The notes under the pieces: model-generated
What the model saw: only the letters and a program-made list of their open reading frames with translations
Told to the model about the DNA's origin: nothing
Databases searched by the model: none
Origin: an uncultured Verrucomicrobiae bacterium
GTDB lineage: Bacteria; Verrucomicrobiota; Verrucomicrobiia; Chthoniobacterales; JAATET01
Direction: 5' to 3'
Assembly: GCA_963719495.1 (NCBI GenBank)
Contig: CAVRCI010000013.1
Coordinates: 711,199 to 775,198 of the forward strand
DNA length: 64,000 bases
Made by a program: the position numbers and the translations under genes
Part shown: positions 9,368-22,723 of the stretch, in pieces
How the letters are laid out: the number at the start of each line of letters is the position of its first letter
Numbering within the stretch: the first letter of the stretch is position 1

Positions 9368-10342
9368 ATGGCAGCTCAGTTCCGCGACTATTACCAAACT
9401 CTCGGCGTTTCCAAGACGGCGAGTCAGGACGAAATCAAAAGCGCCTTCCGCAAACTCGCGCGCAAGCACCACCCCGACACGGCGACCGACAAAGCGTCGG
9501 CGGAGGAGAAATTCAAGGGCATCAACGAGGCTTACGAAGTGCTCGGCGATCCGGACAAACGAAAAAAATACGACGAATACGGCCAGCACTGGGAGCGCGC
9601 GGGCGCGGGTGGGGGCGGATTCCCGGGCGGCGGCGGACGCGGGGCGGCGGGCGGCGGATTCGACTTCGGCGGCGGCGGCGGCGGCGGCGCGGGAGTGGAT
9701 TACGAATTCGGCGGAACGGGGTTCAGCGATTTCTTCGAGCAGATGTTTGGGGCTCGTCGATCGGGCGGGCGTTCCGCTGGCGCCGGGATGGGCGGTTTCG
9801 AAAGTGCCTACGGCGGCGGTCCGCGGAAAGGGGCCGACGTGGAGGCCGACGTGATGGTGACCCTGGAGGAGGCATTCGAGGGGGCATCCCGGCAGATCAG
9901 CTTGCGGCGCGGCGACGCGAAGGACGTGCAGACTTACAACATCAAGATTCCCAAGGGCGTGCGGGACGGGCAGCGGATCCGGCTGGCGGGTCAGGGCAGC
10001 CCCGGGACGGGCGGCGGAGCGACGGGGGATCTGTTTCTGCGGATGAAGCTGCAGAAGCACCCTTATTTCGACGTCGATGGCAGCGATCTAAGGGTCGAGG
10101 CGGAAGTGCCGGCGTGGACGTGCGCGCTCGGTGGCGAGGTCGAGGTCCGGACGCTGGAAGGTCGGGCGAAGCTGCGGCTCAAACCCGGCACGCCGAACGG
10201 AACAAAGATGCGGCTGGGTGGGAGAGGTTTCCCCAGGACGGATGGGACGCGTGGCGACTTATTCGTGCGCGTGGCGGTGATGATTCCCACGTCGATTTCG
10301 GATGAAGAGCGCAAGCATTGGGAAGCACTGGCAGGACAGTGA
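9368..10342 (+). CDS. DnaJ class B / CbpA-like co-chaperone
   Basis: J domain ([26 protein letters not shown]), G/F-rich region, FSDFFE, DnaJ_C, no Zn finger. Confidence 0.92.
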   Translation: MAAQFRDYYQTLGVSKTASQDEIKSAFRKLARKHHPDTATDKASAEEKFKGINEAYEVLGDPDKRKKYDEYGQHWERAGAGGGGFPGGGGRGAAGGGFDFGGGGGGGAGVDYEFGGTGFSDFFEQMFGARRSGGRSAGAGMGGFESAYGGGPRKGADVEADVMVTLEEAFEGASRQISLRRGDAKDVQTYNIKIPKGVRDGQRIRLAGQGSPGTGGGATGDLFLRMKLQKHPYFDVDGSDLRVEAEVPAWTCALGGEVEVRTLEGRAKLRLKPGTPNGTKMRLGGRGFPRTDGTRGDLFVRVAVMIPTSISDEERKHWEALAGQ

Positions 10343-10380
10343 GGAGGGACCTGGCGGCGCAAGCCGCCCCGTCGAAGAGA

Positions 10381-11360
10381 AGGGTAGGGAATCCGCGCCG
10401 CCGGGTTGCCATTTTGGTTACGGGTGGTTGGGGGCTTTCGGAGCGTTTTCGGTAGGCTCGGGGGTGCGCGGCAGGGCGGAGCGCCGGGGTGGTTCGGGCG
10501 GGCGGTGGTGATGGTCACGGAACCCGGGGCCCGGCTTCCCTACCCGTATTGGACGAGGGCGCGGCTTCGCCGCGAGGAGGCGATCTTCGTGGAAGAGAAG
10601 CCGTTGCCCAGCGGCGGTCGGCGCGTGAGCGCCATCGTTGGGAGGGTAGGGAATCTGCGCCGCCGGGTTGCCATTTTGGTTACTGGTGGTTGGGGGCTTT
10701 CGGAGCGTTTTCGGTAGGCTCGGGGGTGCGCGGCAGGGCGGAGCGCCGGGGTGGTTCGGGCGGGCGGTGGTGATGGTCACGGAACCCGGGGCCCGGCTTC
10801 CCTACCCGTATTGGACGAGGGCGCGGCTTTGCCGCGAGGAGGCGATCTTCGTGGAAGAGAAGCCGTTGCCCAGCGGCGGTCGGCGCGTGAGCGCCATCGT
10901 TGGGAGGGTAGGGAATCCGCGCCGCCGGGTTGCCATTTTGGTTACTGGTGGTTGGGGGCTTTCGGAGCGTTTTCGGTAGGCTCGGGGGTGCGCGGCAGGG
11001 CGGAGCGCCGGGGTGGTTCGGGCGGGCGGTGGTGATGGTCACGGAACCCGGGGCCCGGCTTCCCTACCCGTTTTGGACGAGGGCGCGGCTTCGCCGCGAG
11101 GAGGCGATCTTCGTGGAAGAGAAGCCGTTGCCCAGCGGCGGTCGGCGCGTGAGCGCCATCGTTGGGAGGGTAGGGAATCCGCGCCGCCGGGTTCGCATTT
11201 TGGTTACGGGTGGTTGGGGGCTTTCGGAGCGTTTTCGGTAGGCTCGGGGATGCGCGGCAGGGCGGAGCGCCGGGGTGGTTCGGGCGGGTGGTGGTGATGG
11301 TCACGGAACCCGGGGCCCGGCTTCCCTACCCGTTTTGGACGAGGGCGCGGCTTCGCCGCG
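10381..11360. repeat. Tandem repeat, 262-bp unit x ~3.7; each unit carries an inverted GTAG-REP pair
   Basis: Units start AGGGTAGGGAATC at 10381, 10643, 10905 and 11167 and are near-identical with a few substitutions. Confidence 0.95.
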
Positions 11361-11484
11361 TTTCGTGACTGTATGCGGTTGGCTTGCGGGTGAACGCTGT
11401 CGCGCTGGCACAGCCAGCCTCAAGCTTTGGAGAACGCAACCGGTGACCAAAACTAGGATCGCGGCGGCGCGGCTTCCCTACCCG

Positions 11485-11754
11485 CTAACGCCCGCGGACC
11501 TTTTCCTTTTTGGCTTCGGACTCGTCTTCCAGGCGGCCGATTTCGCTGGTGAGCTGCTTTTGAAGCATTTCGGTTTCGGCGGGGTTGCCGGCGGCTTTGG
11601 TCATTTCGCCTTCGAGGAAGACTCGGCGCTCGGCGACTTTGCTTCGGTAGAGGTTGTCGATTTCGGCGATTTCGGCGCGCTGGGCGTCGGATAATTTGGC
11701 AACCGGGGCCTCGGCGTCGAGGCGGCTCATGGCGATTTCGTAAGCGGATTTCAT
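11485..11754 (-). CDS. Small helical hypothetical protein (89 aa)
   Basis: MKSAYEIAMSRLDAEAPVAKLSDAQRAEIAEID...; charged coiled-coil character. Confidence 0.75.
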   Translation of the reverse strand: MKSAYEIAMSRLDAEAPVAKLSDAQRAEIAEIDNLYRSKVAERRVFLEGEMTKAAGNPAETEMLQKQLTSEIGRLEDESEAKKEKVRGR

Positions 11755-11838
11755 GGACGGGAAGCAGAACAGAGTGGGCGGAAAATGGGAACCGTTTCGC
11801 TCTTGTCGGATGCGGGAGCGCTGCGAAGAGTGACGGCC

Positions 11839-12621
11839 ATGAGCGAGCGGATACGATTGATCAGCACGGATTTCGACGGGACCCTGATCGTGCACCCAGC
11901 CGATTTGACGTGCGGTGAGGAATTGGCGGCGGCGCTGACCGCCTTCAAGGCCGGCGGCGGATTGTGGGCGGTGAATACGGGGCGCTCCCTGGCGCACGCC
12001 ATCGAGGGGCTGGAGGTTTTCGGGGCCCCGGTCGAGCCGGACTTCATCCTGACGAACGAGCGGGACATTCATCTTCCCGGGACGGCTGGCGGCTGGGATC
12101 CGCTCGAGCCTTGGGTGACGACGTGCCGGGAGCGGCACGCGGAGCTGTTCGAGAGCTCGGGCGCGATCTTCGATCAAATTTTGGAGCGGGTGGAGAAATC
12201 ACCGGACGTGACGGTGATTCGCGAGGGCGGGCTGCCGGTCGGGTTGATCACGACCGACGAGGCCGCGATGGAGGAGGTGACGGCCAGCCTGACCGCGGTG
12301 CAGCGGGCTTTCCCGGAGTTTAGTTATCAGCGCAACACGATCTACCTGCGGTTCTGCCACGTGGACTACCACAAGGGCGCGGCGTTGGCGGAACTCTGCC
12401 GTCACGTCGGCGTCAGCGCGGCCGAGACGTTCGCGGCGGGGGATCATTTCAACGATCTTTCGATGCTCAGCGAAGCGGTGGCGGGTGTCGTGGCGTGCCC
12501 GAGTAACGCGATCGCCGAGGTGAAATCGGTGGTGTCGTGGCAGGGCGGATTTGTCGCCGAGCGGGAAGGTGGATTGGGGATGGCGGATGCGCTGAATGCG
12601 CGGGTTCTGGGGACGGGGTGA
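11839..12621 (+). CDS. HAD-IIB (Cof-like) hydrolase
   Basis: STDFDGTL, NTGR, KGAAL, GDHFNDLSML. Confidence 0.9.
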   Translation: MSERIRLISTDFDGTLIVHPADLTCGEELAAALTAFKAGGGLWAVNTGRSLAHAIEGLEVFGAPVEPDFILTNERDIHLPGTAGGWDPLEPWVTTCRERHAELFESSGAIFDQILERVEKSPDVTVIREGGLPVGLITTDEAAMEEVTASLTAVQRAFPEFSYQRNTIYLRFCHVDYHKGAALAELCRHVGVSAAETFAAGDHFNDLSMLSEAVAGVVACPSNAIAEVKSVVSWQGGFVAEREGGLGMADALNARVLGTG

Positions 12622-12827
12622 GGCGGTGTCGCGTCGAGCGGGGTGGTGGGCCGCTGATGCCAGGTGGTATCAAGGATTGGACTCACGCGAAGGCGCGAAG
12701 GGGTGCCTTTGTATCCTTCGCGGCTCCGCGTGACCATCGGGACGTTTTTTTCTGGTGGTGCGGTTTGCGCCGTCCGCTCGCAAAGGCGGCTCGATGCGTT
12801 TGCGGACGGTTTTGAAGTGTGGGTCAG

Positions 12828-12854
12828 AGATGCTTCACTTCGTTCAGCATGACA
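12828..12854. repeat. TGTCA-family REP-like palindrome
   Basis: AGATGCTTCACTTCGTTCAGCATGACA; related copies at 13589-13635 and 19326-19372. Confidence 0.8.
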
Positions 12855-12896
12855 GATTTTAGGGGGGCGCTTCGCGGTCTGGGGTGCTGCGTAGAC

Positions 12897-12929
12897 AAAA
12901 AAAAGCCGCGCCCGGGGTCCGGGCGCGGC
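12897..12929 (-). terminator. Intrinsic terminator of 12957..13445
   Basis: On the minus strand, an 11-bp GC stem GCCGCGCCCGG-ACC-CCGGGCGCGGC followed by T8. Confidence 0.88.
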
Positions 12930-12956
12930 GGTTGAAATGACTTTTTTGTTTGGGTG

Positions 12957-13445
12957 TTAGGCGGCGAGAGCGTAGCGGGCTTCGCCCACTTTGCTGATAC
13001 CTTCGACTTTCTTGCCGGTGGTGCTGAACCAGACGTGAACGTTCTGGTTCTTGACGCCGAGCTTCTCGGAGATGTCCTTGACGGCCATTCCTTCAGGACC
13101 AGCGGACTGCAGGAGGCCGGTGATCTGCTCTTTCATCGCGCCGCGCTTGCTGCCCTTGGCCCGGGGGGCGCGGGGCTTCTTCGCCGCTTTCGGTGCGTCG
13201 GCATCTGGCTCGGAGGAGCCATTCGTGGCGGCTTTGGGAGCGTTCTTCGAGCCGGGCTTGCGGCCGCGGCGCTTGCCGGGAGCCTTGGGGGCCGCGGCGG
13301 TTTTCGTTCCGCGAGGGAGCTTGCCGCTGGAGAGCGCGGCGATCTGTGAATCGACGGCGGCGACCTGCTCCATGAGGTTTTCGCGGGTTTCGCTGAGTTT
13401 GAGGAATTCCCGAATGAGTGCGGGATCAATTTTTGTGAAGTCCAT
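12957..13445 (-). CDS. Basic DNA-binding protein: N-terminal coiled coil, K/A/P-rich linker, C-terminal winged-HTH-like domain
   Basis: MDFTKID...LMEQVAAVDSQIAAL; KRRGRKP; RGAMKEQITGLLQSAGPEGMAVKDISEKLGVKNQNVHVWF; has its own terminator. Confidence 0.8.
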   Translation of the reverse strand: MDFTKIDPALIREFLKLSETRENLMEQVAAVDSQIAALSSGKLPRGTKTAAAPKAPGKRRGRKPGSKNAPKAATNGSSEPDADAPKAAKKPRAPRAKGSKRGAMKEQITGLLQSAGPEGMAVKDISEKLGVKNQNVHVWFSTTGKKVEGISKVGEARYALAA

Positions 13446-13588
13446 AAGGCCTAAGCTAAATAGCGCTTGGCTTGCGCTTGCAAGAGAAAGTTTGCGAAAA
13501 ACTAATTTTATTTTGAGGGTGGTTTTGGCGTTTGCTTGAAAAATGACGGGACGGTCGGAGCGAAACGGCGCTGGCTTTTGATCCAAGT

Positions 13589-13635
13589 GCGAATGCAGTG
13601 TAAGCCACGGATTCTTCACTTCGTTCAGAATGACA
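13589..13635. repeat. TGTCA-family REP with conserved flank
   Basis: GCGAATGCAGTGTAAGCCA-CGGATTCTTCACTTCGTTCAGAATGACA; the flank is shared with 19326. Confidence 0.8.
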
Positions 13636-13662
13636 GGTTGGGAAGATTGCAAATAGCGGTTC

Positions 13663-14388
13663 ATGGCAGGCGAAAAACGGGAGGGAAATGGAGGTCTCGA
13701 GTCCGCGTGGCAAAGCCGCCGGATCGGTTCGGTCGAATGCCGTTCGGGCGACGTTCTGGTCTGGTGGGTCGACCGTGAAAGCGCCATTTGCGGCGACCTG
13801 ACTTCGGCCGAGGAGGCCGAATACTCTGGATTCGTCGCCGGGCCGGTGCGCGAGACGTGGCGTCGGTCGCGGATGGCGGTGCGGTCGATTCTTTCGGGTC
13901 TGGCGAAGGTTGATCCGGTCGATTTGACGATCGAGCGGGGCGGGGCGGGTAAACCATTTGTCGCGGGGGGGGAGTTGGAGTTCAGTCTCTCGCATTCCGG
14001 CGGGCAGATCGTGGTGGCGGTCGGTCGGCGGGCTGTCGGGGTGGACGTCGAAGCCGGTGACCGGGAACGACCTTGGTTGGAGCTGGCGCGACGTTATTTT
14101 CCGCCGGCGGAAGCGGAGGCGCTGGCGGCTCTGCCGCCGGGCGAGCGGCGGGCGGAATTCCTGCGGATGTGGGTTGGCAAGGAGGCCGCTTTGAAGTGTC
14201 TGGGGACGGGGCTGGCGGGGTATTTGGAGCGGGCGGTATGCCGTCGTGTGGGCGGGGACGTGCGCGGGGTCGGCGTGGACTCGCGCGAGCTGGCGGTGGT
14301 GGGATTTCACCTCCCCGATGGGTCGCCGGGGGCGGTGGCCTGGGAGGGGGGGGCGCGGCGGGTTCGGCTTTTGCGGCCCGTTTGGTGA
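13663..14388 (+). CDS. 4'-phosphopantetheinyl transferase (Sfp type)
   Basis: GKP, FSLSHSG, VGVDVE, FLRMWVGKEAALKCLGTGL; start codon uncertain. Confidence 0.88.
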   Translation: MAGEKREGNGGLESAWQSRRIGSVECRSGDVLVWWVDRESAICGDLTSAEEAEYSGFVAGPVRETWRRSRMAVRSILSGLAKVDPVDLTIERGGAGKPFVAGGELEFSLSHSGGQIVVAVGRRAVGVDVEAGDRERPWLELARRYFPPAEAEALAALPPGERRAEFLRMWVGKEAALKCLGTGLAGYLERAVCRRVGGDVRGVGVDSRELAVVGFHLPDGSPGAVAWEGGARRVRLLRPVW

Positions 14389-14454
14389 GTGGGAAGTGTT
14401 CCGCTTTGCGGAATAGGGTTGGTGCGGCGGCTGGAAGCGCGCCGTTCCTCGAGC

Positions 14455-14832
14455 TTATGCCGAGAAGCTTTCGCCGCAGCTGCAGTGGGCGACGGCGTTG
14501 GGGTTGGTGACTTTGAAACCACCTTTTTGGAGGTCGTCGCTGTAGTCGAGTTCGGAGCCGCTGACGAAGAGCGCGGTCTTGGGGTCGACGACGACGCGGA
14601 CTTCGCGGGACTCGACGAGGATGTCGCGGTTCGCGGGTCCGTCGACGAGATCCATCTTGTATTGGAGGCCGGAGCAGCCGCCGCCGATGACGGCGACGCG
14701 CAGGCCGCCGGTCTCGAAGCGACCCTGGCGGGTGAGCAGGGTTTTCAATTTCGTGCCGGCGGATTCGGAGACGCGGATGAGCTTCTCGTTTCCGACGCGG
14801 TATTGAATTCCGTTTTGTTCGACGACTGCCAT
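14455..14832 (-). CDS. HesB/IscA Fe-S assembly A-type carrier
   Basis: LRVAVIGGGCSGLQY...NPNAVAHCSCGESF. Confidence 0.93.
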   Translation of the reverse strand: MAVVEQNGIQYRVGNEKLIRVSESAGTKLKTLLTRQGRFETGGLRVAVIGGGCSGLQYKMDLVDGPANRDILVESREVRVVVDPKTALFVSGSELDYSDDLQKGGFKVTNPNAVAHCSCGESFSA

Positions 14833-14948
14833 GGGGGTTCTATCGGGCAAGATGGCTCCTCACACAAGGGGGTTCGCGCCGGAGGGTTGTCCGTTCGTGG
14901 GGCGTTATTGGGAGTTTCGTTCGGTGCGGGTCTGGGTATCCTGCAACG

Positions 14949-19314
<4,366 letters not shown>

Positions 19315-19325
19315 GATTCCGTTGA

Positions 19326-19372
19326 GCGAATGCAGTGTAAGCCAGAGATGCTTCGCTGCGCTCAGCATGACA
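19326..19372. repeat. TGTCA-family REP with conserved flank
   Basis: GCGAATGCAGTGTAAGCCAGAGATGCTTCGCTGCGCTCAGCATGACA. Confidence 0.8.
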
Positions 19373-19668
19373 GGTGGGGGGGTCGGCAGTTGCGGGCGGT
19401 CTCGAGGTCATGATTTTTGAACAGAGCACCGGCGGCTGGGAAGCCGCGGGGCAGACTGCGTCGGCTCTGCGATGCGGCCCGAAGGGCGGGCCGAGCGGGA
19501 GCGAGCGAGTCAACATCAGCGGGCCGGATCGGGCGGCCAATCGAGGAAATGCAAATACAGATTGGAACAGAAGGGCGCAAAGGTCGCAAAGGGGTGAAAG
19601 AATTTCTTCCATGAATGCCTTTTCTTCGCGCCCTTTGCGTCCTTTTGTTCAAATCTGTATCATCACTT

Positions 19669-20031
19669 ATGGCATCGAACGTTTTAGGCACTGAATTGGA
19701 GTGTTGCTGCATGGACCCGCTGACCGGGTATTTCCGGGATGGGTTCTGTCACACCGGGCCGGGGGACGTGGGGCTGCACACGGTGTGCGCGGAAATGACG
19801 GAGGAATTCCTGCGGTTTTCGTATGAACGGGGGAACGATCTGGTGACGCCGCGGCCGGACATGCGGTTCCCCGGTTTGCAGCCGGGGGACAAGTGGTGCC
19901 TGTGCGTGACGCGTTGGCAGGAGGCGCTGGAGGCGGGCGTCGCTCCGCGGATTTTTCTCAACGCGACGCACGCTTCGGCCGTGGAGTTCGTTTCGCGGGA
20001 GGATTTGTCGGCTCACGCGGTGGATGAGTGA
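19669..20031 (+). CDS. DUF2237 family protein
   Basis: NVLGTEL..C..DPLTGYFRDGFC...GNDLVTPRP..FPGLQPGDKWCLC. Confidence 0.92.
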   Translation: MASNVLGTELECCCMDPLTGYFRDGFCHTGPGDVGLHTVCAEMTEEFLRFSYERGNDLVTPRPDMRFPGLQPGDKWCLCVTRWQEALEAGVAPRIFLNATHASAVEFVSREDLSAHAVDE

Positions 20032-20077
20032 TTTTTGACCGCGGATGGACGCGGATTTACGCGGATGAGGTTTTTTT

Positions 20078-21343
20078 ATGGAGCATGATGTTCTGATTAT
20101 TGGTGCGGGGGTGGCCGGGTTGTGTGCGGCGGATTCGCTGCTGGCGGGGGGGCATCGACCGCTTGTTGTCGAGGCTTCGGATCACGTGGGGGGGCGGGTG
20201 CGGTCGTTGGACAGTTTTGGCGACGTTTCGATCGAGCTGGGGGCGGAGGAGGTGCACGGGATGGACAACGCGGTGGCGCGGTTGGCGGCGGAGCAGGGGA
20301 TGGATCTCATCTCGCACATGACGCTCAACGACCTGCTGCGGCTCGACGGGGAGTTGCGGACTCTGGATCAGGCGCAGATGGATCCGGCGGTGCGGCGGGC
20401 TTTCGATTTGATCGATTCGCTGGGGGATTACCGGAGTGAGAATTGGTCGGCGGAGGAATTTCTCATCCGGTCCCACTTCCCGCGGCGAGCCTGGCATTAT
20501 TTGTCGTCTCGGCTGGGGGTGGAGCACGGGACGACGCTCGACCGGTTGGCGATGCGGGGGTTTGCGAGTTACCAGAAGGGGTGGGAGGCCCGGGAGACGA
20601 ATTACACGCTGGCGGGGCGGTATTTGGATTTGTTCGAGCCGATGACGAAGCGGCTGGAGGGCGCGATTCGGCTCAATACGCCGGTGGCGGCGATCGATTG
20701 GTCGGGCGAGCCGAGCGTGCGGCTGCAGAACAGCGAGGAGCTGCGGGCGAAGGCGGTGATCGTGACGGTGCCGCTGCCGATTCTCACGGAGCGGCTGATC
20801 CATTTTTCCCCGCAATTACCGGCGGAGAAGATCGCGGCGGCGGACAGCATCGGGATGGACACGGGGATGAAAATCATCCTGAAATTCAAGCACCGCTTCT
20901 GGGACGAGCACCTTTACTTCATCCACACGGACGGGTTCCTGCCGCAGTTCTGGGCGCCCTGCAAGGGGCGGTCGGAGACAACGTTCGTGCTCACGGCGTT
21001 CGTCGGCGGGACGCGGGCGGAGATGCTGGATACGATGAGCGTGGATCCGGTGCGGTTCGCGCTGGAGGAATTGGACGAGCTTTTCGGCGACAAGATCGCG
21101 TCGCGGTCGTTCGAGCGGGGATTGGTGTCGGATTGGGGCGCGGATCCCTGGGTGCGGGGGTTGTATTCGTATCCGACGGTGCGGACGACGGAGGCGAGCC
21201 GGGATGCGCTGGCGCGGCCGTTGGCGAACAAAATTTTCTTCGCGGGCGAGGCGACGAACACCTATGGCGCGAGCGGCACGGTGCACGGGGCAATGGAGAC
21301 GGGGTGGCGCGCGGCGAACGAGGTCGAGGCGGTGCTGGGGTAG
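20078..21343 (+). CDS. Flavin monoamine oxidase family protein
   Basis: IIGAGVAGL, EASDHVGGRV, ELGAE, DPWVRGLYS, FAGEAT, TVHGAMETG. Confidence 0.9.
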   Translation: MEHDVLIIGAGVAGLCAADSLLAGGHRPLVVEASDHVGGRVRSLDSFGDVSIELGAEEVHGMDNAVARLAAEQGMDLISHMTLNDLLRLDGELRTLDQAQMDPAVRRAFDLIDSLGDYRSENWSAEEFLIRSHFPRRAWHYLSSRLGVEHGTTLDRLAMRGFASYQKGWEARETNYTLAGRYLDLFEPMTKRLEGAIRLNTPVAAIDWSGEPSVRLQNSEELRAKAVIVTVPLPILTERLIHFSPQLPAEKIAAADSIGMDTGMKIILKFKHRFWDEHLYFIHTDGFLPQFWAPCKGRSETTFVLTAFVGGTRAEMLDTMSVDPVRFALEELDELFGDKIASRSFERGLVSDWGADPWVRGLYSYPTVRTTEASRDALARPLANKIFFAGEATNTYGASGTVHGAMETGWRAANEVEAVLG

Positions 21344-21397
21344 CGCGGCGGGTTGTCGGCGGCTGGTTGGTTTTAGGGTCGCTTGGTGGATTAGCCA

Positions 21398-21422
21398 CGG
21401 CTCGGCGGGAGCCTCGCCTTCC
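21398..21422. repeat. GGAG-family REP (GGAGGGCGAGGCTCCCGCCGAGCCG type)
   Basis: CGGCTCGGCGGGAGCCTCGCCTTCC; copies at 33306 and 33545. Confidence 0.8.
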
Positions 21423-21450
21423 GGGGGGGCTTTACGGTCACTGGGTTTGA

Positions 21451-22113
21451 TTAGTTCGATTCTACTGCGACTTCGGTGAAGAAGATGCGGACGTCGTCTG
21501 TTCCCCGGTGGTCGGTGGCGATGCGGATCGGGCCGAACTTTTCGGGCTTCGACCAGGTGGTGGCCATGGTGACTTCGTCGGATCCTCCTTTGCGAAAGGT
21601 CCAGGCTTGGACTTCGTTTTTCTCGTCGAGGTAGAGGTCGTAGGCGTCGCCGGGGGTGTAGCCGCCTTCGGTGGCGTATTGGATGGTCAGGGATTTTGCG
21701 GCTTCGCCCTCGCCGACCGGGAGGGGGAGCGGGCCGGCCTTTTCGGTGATCGTGGTGCCGCTGTCCCAGACGAGGTGAAAGGGGAAGAGGAGCCAATAGC
21801 TGTCGTTGATGAATTGCTGGTCGATGGCGGCGAGGGTCTCGTCGGTCGGGGTGCCGGCGCGCTGGTAGGTCGTCGTCTTGTCTTCGGCGTCGGTGAGGGT
21901 GACCTGATTCGTCTGGGGTTCCCAGACCCAGTGGCGGGTGACGGTTTTGTTGGGGAGCTGGGCGTTGAAGGTGAACGTGACGCGCTGGACGCTGGGCCAG
22001 GCCTGGATTCCGTAGGCGTCGGCGATGGCTTGGACGGTGGATGAATCGCCGGCCCGGGCGGCTGGGATCAAAATGGCAACGACGAGGGCGGCGAGGAGCG
22101 GAAGTGGGCGCAT
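21451..22113 (-). CDS. Secreted hypothetical protein
   Basis: Signal peptide MRPLPLLAALVVAILIPAARA; FINDSYWLLFPF and GGYTPGDAYDLY motifs. Confidence 0.8.
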   Translation of the reverse strand: MRPLPLLAALVVAILIPAARAGDSSTVQAIADAYGIQAWPSVQRVTFTFNAQLPNKTVTRHWVWEPQTNQVTLTDAEDKTTTYQRAGTPTDETLAAIDQQFINDSYWLLFPFHLVWDSGTTITEKAGPLPLPVGEGEAAKSLTIQYATEGGYTPGDAYDLYLDEKNEVQAWTFRKGGSDEVTMATTWSKPEKFGPIRIATDHRGTDDVRIFFTEVAVESN

Positions 22114-22213
22114 GGGAGGACGGTTGGGCGAATCGGGCCGTCTGCCAACCGAAAAGATTGCATCCAAGCCGACCCACGCGGATGGGTGGGGCGTGCCGAA
22201 TCAACGCGACGAT

Positions 22214-22711
22214 ATGAATTTTGAAGTGCTGCCACCCGACAAGGACCGGGACCAACCGAATTTGTCGAAGCTGATGGCTTACGTGCTCGACGATCTCATC
22301 CCGATCCCGGGGACGAAGTTTCGCATCGGGCTGGATCCGATCATCGGATTGATCCCGGGTGTCGGGGACAGTTCGACGGCGGTGTTTTCGTCGATGATCA
22401 TCATCAACGGACTGCGGTCGGGATTGCCGCGCGTGGTGCTGCTGCGGATGGTGGGGAACGTGCTCCTCAACACGGTCGTCGGCGCGGTGCCGGTGGTGGG
22501 TGACGTTTTTTCGGCGTGGTTCAAATCGAACAACAAAAACTACGCTCTGCTGCGCGAGCACCAGGGTGGGAAGCGGCGGGCGAGCAAGGCGGATTGGGGC
22601 GTGGTGCTGGCGATGCTGGCGGGTGTGTTGATCGTGCTTTTCGCGTTGGCCGTGTTGGTTGGCTGGATCACGGTGCGGTTTTTCGCGTGGCTCACGGGCT
22701 CCCTCGGGTAG
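22214..22711 (+). CDS. DUF4112 family membrane protein
   Basis: LDDLIPIPGTKFRIGLDPIIGLIPGVGD...VPVVGDVF..WFKSN. Confidence 0.9.
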   Translation: MNFEVLPPDKDRDQPNLSKLMAYVLDDLIPIPGTKFRIGLDPIIGLIPGVGDSSTAVFSSMIIINGLRSGLPRVVLLRMVGNVLLNTVVGAVPVVGDVFSAWFKSNNKNYALLREHQGGKRRASKADWGVVLAMLAGVLIVLFALAVLVGWITVRFFAWLTGSLG

Positions 22712-22723
22712 GATCGCCGACCT

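Noticed and set aside
9600..9800. GGC-rich low-complexity tract
   Set aside because: Encodes the normal G/F-rich region of DnaJ
10381..11360. CRISPR array or repeat-protein interpretation of the tandem repeat (ORFs 10406, 10668, 10930 etc.)
   Set aside because: Whole 262-bp units are near-identical with no unique spacers and there are no cas genes; the period is not a multiple of 3 and the ORFs are low-complexity
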